Source: an uncultured Clostridia bacterium (GTDB lineage: Bacteria > Bacillota > Clostridia > Christensenellales > UBA1242). From it: a stretch of 43,214 nt of DNA. Made by a program: the position numbers and the translations under genes. Shown in pieces: positions 25,902 to 34,733 of this stretch (the first letter of the stretch is position 1; every line of letters starts with the position of its first letter). Below the pieces are notes generated by a model, which saw only the letters and a list, made by a program, of their open reading frames with translations, was not told where the DNA came from and searched no databases. The stretch covers positions 1 through 43,214 of the forward strand of contig CAMEUD010000002.1 of the NCBI GenBank assembly GCA_945937975.1, given 5' to 3'.

Positions 25902-28388
25902 CTATTTTTCTATTTTTTCTTCTGTTTTTGTATTAATTTTATTTTCAACATTTTGTGAGCTATTTTGTGTCAAAAGTTTTTGTTCTGCCTTTTGTTTCCT
26001 TTTTTCTTCTTGGGCTTGTTTGTTTTTCTTTCTAACTTCATCAACTTTTCTAACAAGTTTTGGAATAAATATATGAAGTGGAATTGATATTAAAATAAAT
26101 CCAAGGAGTAACAAAATTACTTTTAATGTAAATGCAGTCATTCCAAAGAAATCACCCATAACACAAATTGCCAAAATAATAAAGAAGATTGAAAGAGATA
26201 AACACCCTATTCTTATTTTTGTGAGTGGTAAACATAAGAAGAATAAATTTACATAACCAGTAAATATCAAAACAAGTGTTGCAAGTGTGTAATATTCTTC
26301 AGCATTCAAAACACCAAATCTCATTAATATTATAACTGCAAACACATTCATAAACATAAGTAATCCACTTGGGATACTGCGTTTGAGTACCACAGGTATA
26401 AAATCACCTTGAATAAGTTTTGTGTTCGGTTGAAGTGCAAGAATTACCGATGGCATACCAATTACAAATAATTCAAGAATAAACAAATTCTTTGGTGAGA
26501 ATGGATATTGTGATAATGTTACAATCGAGAACAATGACAATAATATTGTAAACAATGTTTTCATTAAGAACAATGTTGATGATTGTTGTACATTGTTAAT
26601 AACTTGTCTGCCTTCCCTTACAACTGCTGGAAGTGAAGAAAATTTTGAGTCCATAAGAACAAGATTACTAAGCCCCCTTGCAACATCACTACCATCTGCC
26701 ATTGCGATTGAACAATCTGCTTCTTTTAGTGCCAAAGTATCATTAACACCATCACCAGTCATTGCAACAATATTACCTTGTTTTTTGAGTGATTTAACTA
26801 ATATCAGTTTTTGCTCTGGACTTACCCTTCCAAAAACTGTAAACATATTTGCATATTGTTCAACTTGTTGATTTGACACACCTTCAAGCGAAACAAAGTT
26901 TTCGGCATTTTCAACACCAACTCTTTGAGCAATCTTGCTGACCGTTACCGGATTATCTCCAGAAATGATTTTTATTTGAACATTATTTTGTTTAAACCAT
27001 TCAATAGTTTCCATTGCATCTTCTCTTATATGGTCCTCAATGGCAATAAGCAACAATGGTTCACAATTCTTTGGTGCTTCTTCTTTTTCGTTTAACATTG
27101 ATTTTGAATGTGCCAAAAGCAAAACTCTTTGACCTTTTGATGTATGTTCAAAAATTTTGTCTTTTAATTCATCATTAATCTTACTATTTGTAAATTCAGG
27201 CGCTCCCAAAACAAAAGTTCCCAAATCTTCAAAAGATGTCAAAGTACATTTTCTTTTTGATGAAAATTCAATATTATATGCCAAATGCAAATCATTATTT
27301 TTGCCAAATTCAATTAGCATTGCATTGCTTGTTGCATTTGATGTTGTTTGATTATATAAAATATTTGCAATAATATTTTTATTTTCAACTTTTTTTAGTT
27401 TGCCAATTTCTTCAACTTCGCAAACACGCATTGTTCCATCTGTTATTGTTCCTGTTTTATCAAGACACAAAACATTGCTTCTTGCAAGCATTTCAATGGA
27501 GAATAAATCTTTTACCAGTGTCTTTTTCCTACTTAACTTTATAACTCCAACAGCAAGTGCTATTGTTACAAGAAGGAACATTCCAGCAGGAACCATTCCT
27601 GTAAGCGCCCCACAAGTTTTGATAACTGTCATTGTAAGGTTATGGTCATATGAATAATAGTTACTTGCGAACATTATTCCACCAACAGGTATAATTCCAA
27701 TGCCAATATATTTTATTATTGAATTAAGGTCTTTATATAAGTTTGAATTTGGGCTTTTGAATTGTTTTGCCTGTTGAGCGATTGATTGAATATAGTTATC
27801 TTTTCCAATCTTATCAACTCTTGCTTTGCAACTTCCAGAAATAATAAAACTTCCTGCATAAATAGTGTCGCCCACATTCTTTTTTACGGCATCACTTTCC
27901 CCTGTAAGCAAACTTTCGTTTACTTCCATTTTGCCGTCAATTACAACTGCATCAGCTGGAATAGAATTTCCTATTTCAAGCAAAATTATATCATCTAAAA
28001 CAAGTTTATCTGCATTAACTTCTATTTCTTCACCATCTCTAATTGCTTTTACCTTTGGTGTTGTTACAATAGATAGTTTTTGAACTACCATTTTTGCTTT
28101 ACATTCTTGAATAATAGAAATTAAAGTGTTTAAAAAGATAACAACAATAAATAATAAATCGCTATAACTTTGAACAGCAACAAGTGCTGAAAAAATAACT
28201 AACCAAATAAAGTTAAAAAATGTAAATATATTTTCACAAATTATTCTTAAATATGATTTTCCAGTGCTTTGCTTTGTTTTATTAAAAAGTTTTTCTTTTA
28301 CTCTTTCTTCATATTGAGCAGTGGTCAGCCCCTGCTCTACACTTGGATTATATCTTGTGATTTCTTGTTGCTTTTTTATTAATTTCAT
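25902..28388 (-). CDS. Cation-translocating P-type ATPase (P2-like, substrate unknown)
   Basis: TGES, DKTGTITDG and MTGDGVNDTLALKEAD motifs, with about 10 TM segments. TM4 reads VPAGM instead of the PEGL of Ca-ATPases. It has a Lys/Glu-rich C-terminal tail. Confidence 0.85.
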   Translation of the reverse strand: MKLIKKQQEITRYNPSVEQGLTTAQYEERVKEKLFNKTKQSTGKSYLRIICENIFTFFNFIWLVIFSALVAVQSYSDLLFIVVIFLNTLISIIQECKAKMVVQKLSIVTTPKVKAIRDGEEIEVNADKLVLDDIILLEIGNSIPADAVVIDGKMEVNESLLTGESDAVKKNVGDTIYAGSFIISGSCKARVDKIGKDNYIQSIAQQAKQFKSPNSNLYKDLNSIIKYIGIGIIPVGGIMFASNYYSYDHNLTMTVIKTCGALTGMVPAGMFLLVTIALAVGVIKLSRKKTLVKDLFSIEMLARSNVLCLDKTGTITDGTMRVCEVEEIGKLKKVENKNIIANILYNQTTSNATSNAMLIEFGKNNDLHLAYNIEFSSKRKCTLTSFEDLGTFVLGAPEFTNSKINDELKDKIFEHTSKGQRVLLLAHSKSMLNEKEEAPKNCEPLLLIAIEDHIREDAMETIEWFKQNNVQIKIISGDNPVTVSKIAQRVGVENAENFVSLEGVSNQQVEQYANMFTVFGRVSPEQKLILVKSLKKQGNIVAMTGDGVNDTLALKEADCSIAMADGSDVARGLSNLVLMDSKFSSLPAVVREGRQVINNVQQSSTLFLMKTLFTILLSLFSIVTLSQYPFSPKNLFILELFVIGMPSVILALQPNTKLIQGDFIPVVLKRSIPSGLLMFMNVFAVIILMRFGVLNAEEYYTLATLVLIFTGYVNLFFLCLPLTKIRIGCLSLSIFFIILAICVMGDFFGMTAFTLKVILLLLGFILISIPLHIFIPKLVRKVDEVRKKNKQAQEEKRKQKAEQKLLTQNSSQNVENKINTKTEEKIEK

Positions 28389-28460
28389 CTTTCCCTTTAG
28401 TATATGCTTATTTCATTTTATTTTATCATTTTATAAAAAGATAAGTCAACTTTTATATAT

Positions 28461-28487
28461 GAAAAAGCCACCAAAAAAATGGTGGCT
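28461..28487 (-). terminator. Terminator of the three-paralog operon
   Basis: AGCCACCA-(T6)-TGGTGGCT plus T-run on the minus strand, 5 nt after the stop at 28493. Confidence 0.7.
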
Positions 28488-28492
28488 AAAAA

Positions 28493-28942
28493 TTACCTAG
28501 ATATTTCATCTTCTTTGTTTTGAATGTTTACAATTTCACTTTTGTAAACAACTTTGTCTTGATTTAACACACTTATTGATGAAGTGTTTGTGTCTGCATT
28601 TATTCTTATTTTTGTTCCTTTTGGCATAATTTCTTCAAGACCTTTACCCAAATATCCCAAAATTATGCAATCAAGATTAATAAAGATATTATCTTTATCA
28701 TCTTCCTTTGGGAATTCATTAAATGTTGCATTAAATTTTCCATTTGTGCAAAGCATAAAAGCAAATTCATCTGTGAGTCTTGGCTCCAAATCATATGTGT
28801 TTGCATTAAATTCTTTTAATAATTCTCTTTTTTGTTCAACTGTTAAATTATTATTTGCTCTCAAATTTTTAACATATTGTTCTCTTATAACTGATATAAA
28901 ACTTCCTGTTATATCTTCAATGTAACTTGCTACAATTTCCAT
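28493..28942 (-). CDS. Unknown-function 149-aa protein, tandem paralog 3 of 3
   Basis: It shares Y-x-E-x-IT...V-x-R-x-Y, NGKF, PK-x-(T/S)KI-x-IN and C-terminal I-x-NKE-x-E blocks with 29424..29873. It has its own SD (AAGGAGAA) 11 nt after the upstream stop. Confidence 0.6.
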   Translation of the reverse strand: MEIVASYIEDITGSFISVIREQYVKNLRANNNLTVEQKRELLKEFNANTYDLEPRLTDEFAFMLCTNGKFNATFNEFPKEDDKDNIFINLDCIILGYLGKGLEEIMPKGTKIRINADTNTSSISVLNQDKVVYKSEIVNIQNKEDEISR

Positions 28943-28953
28943 ATTTATTCTCC

Positions 28954-29412
28954 TTATCTTACCATAGTGTCATCATTTGTTAAATCTTTGTTTTCAATTT
29001 TTCTGCAAACAACAGATTCAAACCCACGAGAAACACCAATATTTGTTCTTCTGTTATTACCTATCATAGTTATGCTTAATCCACCTTGAAGTAAATCTGT
29101 CATATCTATTTTTGCACCCTCTAATAATGTTGTGTAAATATCCATTGCCAAACTGCTATCATAGTTATAGAACAAATCATTAAAGTCAAGATGTATTCCA
29201 CCATTATTCAATGCGCTTGAAAACATATCATTGATAAATCCAGAAATGTCTATCATTCTATTATCAAAACTTTCAAGTTTTTTGAAAAATTCATTTTTTG
29301 CTTCTTCATCTAATGGTCTAAGTGCATTATCTGTTTCTTTGTCTATGTAAAGTTGTCTTACAATATCACAAAATTCTTCTGTTATTTTTTCTACATATAT
29401 TTTATTGTCCAT
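28954..29412 (-). CDS. Unknown-function 152-aa protein, tandem paralog 2 of 3 (most divergent)
   Basis: Same length and N-terminal Y-x-EKIT..F..IVRQLY block, NNGG, and terminal IENKD. It has its own SD (AAGGAGAG). Confidence 0.55.
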   Translation of the reverse strand: MDNKIYVEKITEEFCDIVRQLYIDKETDNALRPLDEEAKNEFFKKLESFDNRMIDISGFINDMFSSALNNGGIHLDFNDLFYNYDSSLAMDIYTTLLEGAKIDMTDLLQGGLSITMIGNNRRTNIGVSRGFESVVCRKIENKDLTNDDTMVR

Positions 29413-29423
29413 TTTTACTCTCC

Positions 29424-29873
29424 TTATTTTTGAAATTCATTTTCTTTGTTTTCTATATTCTTTGAAAATTCATTCCCGTCACCTATGATAAGTTTTATCT
29501 CTGACATATAATTGTTCCCATTTATCTTTATCTTGCTGTTTTTTGGCAAAACTTGAACTGGACTCATTCCAATATAGTCAGAAAAAATTGATTCAAACTC
29601 TTTGTTTAGTGATGCTGGGTTTTCTGTGTTTGCAGACATAGTATCAATAACAAATTTGCCATTATTTTTTAGCTTTAAAGAAATACACATACTGATTTCT
29701 TCAAACATATTGTCAATTCCTTTGTCAAATTCTGTCAATTGATTATCATAATATCTTTTAAACTTTTTAATGTCAAGATTTGGATATTCTTGATTTAGGT
29801 GTTCAACAAAATACCTTCTATATACCGAAAGCATATTCTTTGTAATTTCATTTGCGTATTTTTTATTTTGCAT
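29424..29873 (-). CDS. Unknown-function 149-aa protein, tandem paralog 1 of 3
   Basis: First gene of the operon. Blocks YANEIT, NNGKFVID, LPKNSKIKINGNN, IENKENE. Confidence 0.6.
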   Translation of the reverse strand: MQNKKYANEITKNMLSVYRRYFVEHLNQEYPNLDIKKFKRYYDNQLTEFDKGIDNMFEEISMCISLKLKNNGKFVIDTMSANTENPASLNKEFESIFSDYIGMSPVQVLPKNSKIKINGNNYMSEIKLIIGDGNEFSKNIENKENEFQK

Positions 29874-29896
29874 TCTCTTTTGTCCTTTACTGACTT

Positions 29897-29925
29897 ATTA
29901 TAGCACCTATATATTTTATTTTCAA
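29897..29925 (-). promoter_or_regulatory. Strong extended -10 promoter of the three-paralog operon
   Basis: TTGAAA (29925..29920), a 17-nt spacer ending in TGc, then TATAAT (29902..29897). Confidence 0.55.
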
Positions 29926-29984
29926 TACCCAAAGATGTGTCAAATATAACTATTTTTTCGTAATATATCATACAAGGAGAAATT

Positions 29985-31766
29985 ATGTGTGGCATTATTG
30001 GATATATAAGCAGTACCAAAGATTTTATCACAAAACAAATGATAAACTCGCTAAAAAAACTTGAATATCGTGGTTATGATAGTTCGGGCATATGTCTTTT
30101 GTGCGATGACCAATTCAAAGTGTACAAAAGTCTTGGCGAAATAAAAAACTTGGAGCAAGTTGCAAACAATAATATTTTATCGCATATGGCAATTGCTCAC
30201 ACAAGATGGGCAACTCATGGCAAAGTCTGTTTTGAGAACATTCACCCACACACTTCGCAAAAAGGAAACTGGGCACTTGTTCACAACGGAATAATTGAAA
30301 ACTACTTGGAATTAAAATCAACCTACTTAAAAGATGTTGATTTTTATGGAGAAACCAATACCGAAGTTTTGCCAAATCTAATGGAAAAATTTGGTTTTTT
30401 TGAAACTTTAAAATTGCTTAAAGGCAGTTTTGGAATTTGTGCCATAAACAAAAATGAACCAAACAAAATGTATATTGCAAGACAGCATAGTCCACTTTAT
30501 GTGGCAACTAATAATAATGCAAGTATGGTTGCAAGCGACCCAATAGTTTTTGCAGACAAATTTGAATATTACACACCACTTCAAGAACAAAGTTATGCAG
30601 TTGTTGAGTTTAATAAAGTAAAATTTTTTGATTTTAATAATGAAGAAATATCTCCACAAAAGCATAAACTTGGTGTGTTTGAAAAATCTGCACAAAAAGG
30701 AAATTACCCATATTTTGCCGAAAAAGAAATAAAAGAAATTCCAAGAGTATTGGAAAATGTTATAGAAAATTATGAACAAACTCCGTACCTTGAAAAAATA
30801 GATTATAACTTTTTAAAAAATATAGAAAAAATATATTTAATTGGCTGTGGCACTGCTTATCATGCGTGTCTTATGGGTGAAAAATATATCGAAAAAAATG
30901 CAAAAATTCCTTGTAAGGCTTTTTATGCAAGTGAATTTAGATATTCTCCACCAATAATAAATGAAAAGACATTATGTATTTATTCAAGTCAAAGTGGAGA
31001 AACTGCTGACACACTTATGTCGCTTAATCTTGCAAAAGAAAAAGGTGCAAAAACCATTGCTTTAGTTAATGTTCCATATTCAAGTATTGCAAAAAATTGT
31101 GATATAATTTTGCCAATTTGTGCAGGTATGGAAATTGCTGTTATTTCAACAAAAGCATATTCTTCAATGTTATTTGTTTTTTACTTGCTTGCAAAACATT
31201 TAGAAAATATTAAAAATAATAAAAAATATGACAAAAATATAATAAATAATTTAAAAATATTAAAAAAATGTAATTTTTTAAAAAATATTAATAAAATAAA
31301 TAAATTTGTAAATTTAATAAATAATAACGAAAAAATATTCTTTATTGGAAAAGATGAAGACTATATCACAAGTATGGAAGCAAGTTTAAAACTAAAAGAA
31401 ATAACATATATAAATTGCATTAGTATTCCAAGTGGCGAGTTAAAGCATGGCACTCTTGCCCTTGTTGATGACAAAAGTTTGGTATTTGTTACTGCAACAA
31501 ACAAAGATGTTTTGGACAAAAATCTTGCAAGTGCAAGTGAGATAAAATCAAGGCTTGGCAAAATTGTTTTGGTAACAAATCTTACCTTATCAAAACAAGA
31601 TTTAAAAAATGTTGATTATCTATTTACTTTTGATAGTTGTCCAATGGAACTTTCTAGTATGCTTGCAATAACATTCTATCAATATCTTGCTTACAAAACT
31701 TGTATATCAAAAAAACTTAACCCAGACAAACCTCGAAATCTTGCAAAAAGTGTAACAGTGGAATAA
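29985..31766 (+). CDS. glmS: Glutamine--fructose-6-phosphate aminotransferase (isomerising)
   Basis: N-terminal MCGIIGY nucleophile, two SIS domains, and canonical C-terminus KSVTVE. It has an Asn/Lys-rich low-complexity insert between the SIS domains. Confidence 0.95.
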   Translation: MCGIIGYISSTKDFITKQMINSLKKLEYRGYDSSGICLLCDDQFKVYKSLGEIKNLEQVANNNILSHMAIAHTRWATHGKVCFENIHPHTSQKGNWALVHNGIIENYLELKSTYLKDVDFYGETNTEVLPNLMEKFGFFETLKLLKGSFGICAINKNEPNKMYIARQHSPLYVATNNNASMVASDPIVFADKFEYYTPLQEQSYAVVEFNKVKFFDFNNEEISPQKHKLGVFEKSAQKGNYPYFAEKEIKEIPRVLENVIENYEQTPYLEKIDYNFLKNIEKIYLIGCGTAYHACLMGEKYIEKNAKIPCKAFYASEFRYSPPIINEKTLCIYSSQSGETADTLMSLNLAKEKGAKTIALVNVPYSSIAKNCDIILPICAGMEIAVISTKAYSSMLFVFYLLAKHLENIKNNKKYDKNIINNLKILKKCNFLKNINKINKFVNLINNNEKIFFIGKDEDYITSMEASLKLKEITYINCISIPSGELKHGTLALVDDKSLVFVTATNKDVLDKNLASASEIKSRLGKIVLVTNLTLSKQDLKNVDYLFTFDSCPMELSSMLAITFYQYLAYKTCISKKLNPDKPRNLAKSVTVE

Positions 31767-31778
31767 CATTTCCATAAT

Positions 31779-31807
31779 AAATGCAAACCAAAAGGTTTGC
31801 ATTTTTG
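31779..31807. terminator. Bidirectional terminator after glmS
   Basis: AATGCAAACC-aaaa-GGTTTGCATT plus T-run. Confidence 0.75.
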
Positions 31808-31947
31808 TTTGTTTTGCTTAAATAGATTTTTTCAAAGTCAGTCGTTGGGGTCGGCAGTCGAAATGATATAGAATATTTTTAAATTGCATTTCGCTCCCTT
31901 ACTCCCTTGATAGACAAACGAGAAATCCTAACTGTTTAAATTGTTTT

Positions 31948-34224
31948 TTAATATACCTTTGCAACCAAAATTGTCATATCATCAAGAGCAATTCCGTGGT
32001 TATTTTCAACTGCTTTGTCCATAAGTTCGTCTGCTACTTCTTGTGGACTATATGAGTTTATATTGTTTATATAATTCGCCATTTCTTCATCGCTTGCAAA
32101 ACTATCTGTAACACCATCAGTTGTAATAATAATCATATCACCGCTATATAGCATTGAACTTTTTATTGTTGGAACAATGTTAGACACAATGCCAAGTGGA
32201 AGTGCATTGCAAGAAATTGTGGAAATTGTATCTTTGTGTTTTATATATCCATTTGTTGCACCCAACTTAATAAAATCTACCCCACCTGTTTTTAGGTCAA
32301 TTATTGACATATCCAAGCATGAGAATATATTGTCATTACCAAGTGCCAAAAACTTATTTACAATAGATAATATAACTTCATTTTCAAAACCAGCTTTATA
32401 AAAGTTTTCAATAAGTCCAATAGCAGTTTCACTTGCTTTTTGAGCTTTTTCACCACTACCCATACCATCACAAAGTGCCATCAAAATTTTGCCATCTTCC
32501 ATTCTTACAATAGAATAGCAATCTCCACTTTTTTGAGATGATGATTTTGTCATCGCACTAGTACCAAAAATCACATTGTATTTTGGTGCAGGTTTTAGAT
32601 TTAAAATTTTCCAGCCAGCGTGTTCACTAACATTTTCTGTTTCGACTGACATTTTTGTGTTACAAACTTTTGAAACAACTTGCACAATTTTTGATTTTAA
32701 ACTATCTTCGTTTTTAACTTCCAAAACTGCATTAACATCATTTGTATCATGATAAACTATGGCATCACTGCAAAGAATATCATTATACAAAAGTTCATCA
32801 ATTATTTCTTTTTCCATACCTTTGTCAAAATCAACATTTTTACCTATATCATTTGACAAGTTTTTCATAACAGTACTTATTCCATATAATTGTTCACTAA
32901 TTAATATTTTGCTAGAATCCAAACTATTTACCATTTGGGCATAACTTTTGTATTGTTCCAATAGGTTGTTTATTTCATACACCATTTGATTTACTTTAAA
33001 ACATCTACTTGTAAGAACGCTTGGAATATCTAATAATGTTACCCTGCCTTTTTCGTAACCAACATTAATTAAATTTGCAAGAATTTTATTTGTTTCTTCA
33101 CTATATTGCTTTAAACATTTTGATTTGTTTTCACAATCACTACACATCATTCCTTTTGTTTCTGTAAGCATTAAAGTTTTTAAATCACTTTCACTTGTCT
33201 TATCTTTTATCATCGACCTATAAACTTTATCCATTTCTGCAAATATTTGACTTAGGTTATTAAGTTTTTTATAAATTGTTTTTCTGTTTCGATTGATAAG
33301 AGTTTCGGTACTTCGCTTACAAAAACTTGAATTGTATTTTTCTATCATACTAACATAGTATTTTTTTGGTATACACAAACAAATTAAAAAAGTTAATACA
33401 CTTGGAATTAAAACTAGATATGAATTTGTGTAATAAAAATTAAAGTAGTAATTACAAAGCACATCACAAACAATAAGTGCTAACCCACAAAATACTCTGT
33501 GTTTTCCACGAAAACAATTTACTCCCAACCAAATAATTAAACTTGGTGCAAGAAGGTATGGATTGTTATCATAAAGAACTGTTCCCAAACTAAACACCAT
33601 ACTAACAAGCAAACTATCAAACATTGGCAAAACAAGAGAAGAAAATAGTATGCAAAACATAAGTGCAAATTTTATCACTGAAAATTCGTAAAAATTAAAA
33701 TAACATAAACCACAAGGAATACTTACCAAAAACATAGAAAGACAAATAACCTGCGACATTGTAAGTCTTTTTGAAAATCCACGAACAACAACACTTTCAA
33801 AAATTTTCATACACGAGAACATATACAAAAGTCCAAAAACAAGTTCAACGAAAACTATCCAAATTTTTTGTCCACTATATATTTTTAAAAAGACATTTAA
33901 GAACGAACAAATAAGTGCATACACAAGCATTAGCATTGGTTTTATTGGCTTTTTTAATTTGTAATGTATTCCATAGATAATGCACATAACTACGCACATA
34001 AATATTGCAGAATATAAATCAAACAAATTAAAATTGCTTATATAACTTGCTCCAATATATAAAGATGAAAGTGCCAAAATGTTTTGATTGCACCAAATTA
34101 ACGCAAAATAAACACCAAATGTAAATGGGTTTATTGTATTATTGATTTTTGCTTTAAATAATATATAAAAAATAAGTAAATAAATAAAATATTGTGCTAG
34201 TTTTAACCATTTGTTTTGTTTCAT
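31948..34224 (-). CDS. spoIIE: Stage II sporulation protein E-like membrane PP2C phosphatase
   Basis: About 10 N-terminal TM helices, a central region, and a C-terminal PP2C/SpoIIE domain (GDCYSIV...LCDGMGSGEKAQ...ITTDGVTDSF...DDMTILVAKVY). The ATG at 34224 follows GGAGG; the ORF track starts at a TTG at 34236. Confidence 0.85.
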   Translation of the reverse strand: MKQNKWLKLAQYFIYLLIFYILFKAKINNTINPFTFGVYFALIWCNQNILALSSLYIGASYISNFNLFDLYSAIFMCVVMCIIYGIHYKLKKPIKPMLMLVYALICSFLNVFLKIYSGQKIWIVFVELVFGLLYMFSCMKIFESVVVRGFSKRLTMSQVICLSMFLVSIPCGLCYFNFYEFSVIKFALMFCILFSSLVLPMFDSLLVSMVFSLGTVLYDNNPYLLAPSLIIWLGVNCFRGKHRVFCGLALIVCDVLCNYYFNFYYTNSYLVLIPSVLTFLICLCIPKKYYVSMIEKYNSSFCKRSTETLINRNRKTIYKKLNNLSQIFAEMDKVYRSMIKDKTSESDLKTLMLTETKGMMCSDCENKSKCLKQYSEETNKILANLINVGYEKGRVTLLDIPSVLTSRCFKVNQMVYEINNLLEQYKSYAQMVNSLDSSKILISEQLYGISTVMKNLSNDIGKNVDFDKGMEKEIIDELLYNDILCSDAIVYHDTNDVNAVLEVKNEDSLKSKIVQVVSKVCNTKMSVETENVSEHAGWKILNLKPAPKYNVIFGTSAMTKSSSQKSGDCYSIVRMEDGKILMALCDGMGSGEKAQKASETAIGLIENFYKAGFENEVILSIVNKFLALGNDNIFSCLDMSIIDLKTGGVDFIKLGATNGYIKHKDTISTISCNALPLGIVSNIVPTIKSSMLYSGDMIIITTDGVTDSFASDEEMANYINNINSYSPQEVADELMDKAVENNHGIALDDMTILVAKVY

Positions 34225-34368
34225 AAAATCCTCCAAATTCGCTTACAAAAAAATGATAAAATAATTTGAAGATATTTTAAAACAATAAAATTAGGATATT
34301 TATTAAATAAATGTCATATTTTTTACTTAATTTATGTTATTTTTTGTCAATTTATTTATTTTTTATTT

Positions 34369-34646
34369 TTCGACAATTTTTATAATTTAAAATGGAAAAG
34401 ATTTTTTTATTTGCTCGACAAATTTACTCCGTTTGACAAATACAAAAGAATGAAAAAGAACCCCAAGAACGAGACTCAATATTTTTACATAAAAACTAAA
34501 AAATAACAGCATATTCAAGGCTCGACAAATTCGCCAGCCTTGATAGAAATAAAAATGAAAAAAGAGCACAAAATTCGAGGTTCAATACATTTGTTAGTTT
34601 TGATAAAAATACTAAAAAATGAAAAAGAACCCCAAGAACGAGGCTC
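34369..34646. repeat. Degenerate tandem repeat array (about 55-65-nt units) carrying terminator-like hairpins and TGTCGAR boxes
   Basis: The 28-mer ATGAAAAAGAACCCCAAGAACGAG(A/G)CTC occurs at 34450..34477 and 34619..34646 with 1 mismatch, and a decayed copy lies near 34545. The flanking TTGA(C/T)A(A/G)AAATA and (T/C)TCGACAAATT motifs recur 3-4 times. Confidence 0.7.
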
Positions 34647-34733
34647 GGTGAGTTCCAACACGCAGGAGTTTGCTAACGCAAATGACTGTGTGTTGGATGC
34701 TCACCAGTAAACAAAGTTATTGGGAGTCCTTTT

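Noticed and set aside
29874-29984. glmS ribozyme upstream of glmS.
   Set aside because: The whole intergenic region is 111 nt and is largely occupied by the divergent promoter of the three-paralog operon. That is too short for the ribozyme core, and I saw no conserved ribozyme helices.
31846-31870. Inverted-repeat relationship between GTCGTTGGGGTC (31848 region) and GAACCCCAAGAACGAG (34457 and 34626 regions), suggesting that spoIIE is bracketed by terminal repeats.
   Set aside because: The match is only about 12 nt with gaps, and no transposition genes are present. It is too weak to call a mobile or invertible element, so it is mentioned only as a note under the repeat finding.
34387-34569. 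60-aa minus-strand ORF, and short plus-strand ORFs starting MKKNPKNE, inside the repeat array upstream of spoIIE.
   Set aside because: They lie entirely in degenerate tandem repeats. The repeated ATGAAAAAG... is better explained as the U-run and 3' arm of minus-strand terminator hairpins. There is no SD, and the frame is not maintained between copies.
34369-34646. Possible CRISPR array, considered because of repeated units of about 28 nt.
   Set aside because: There are only two good copies plus decayed ones. The spacing is irregular, the intervening 'spacers' are themselves repeat-derived, and there are no cas genes in the window.
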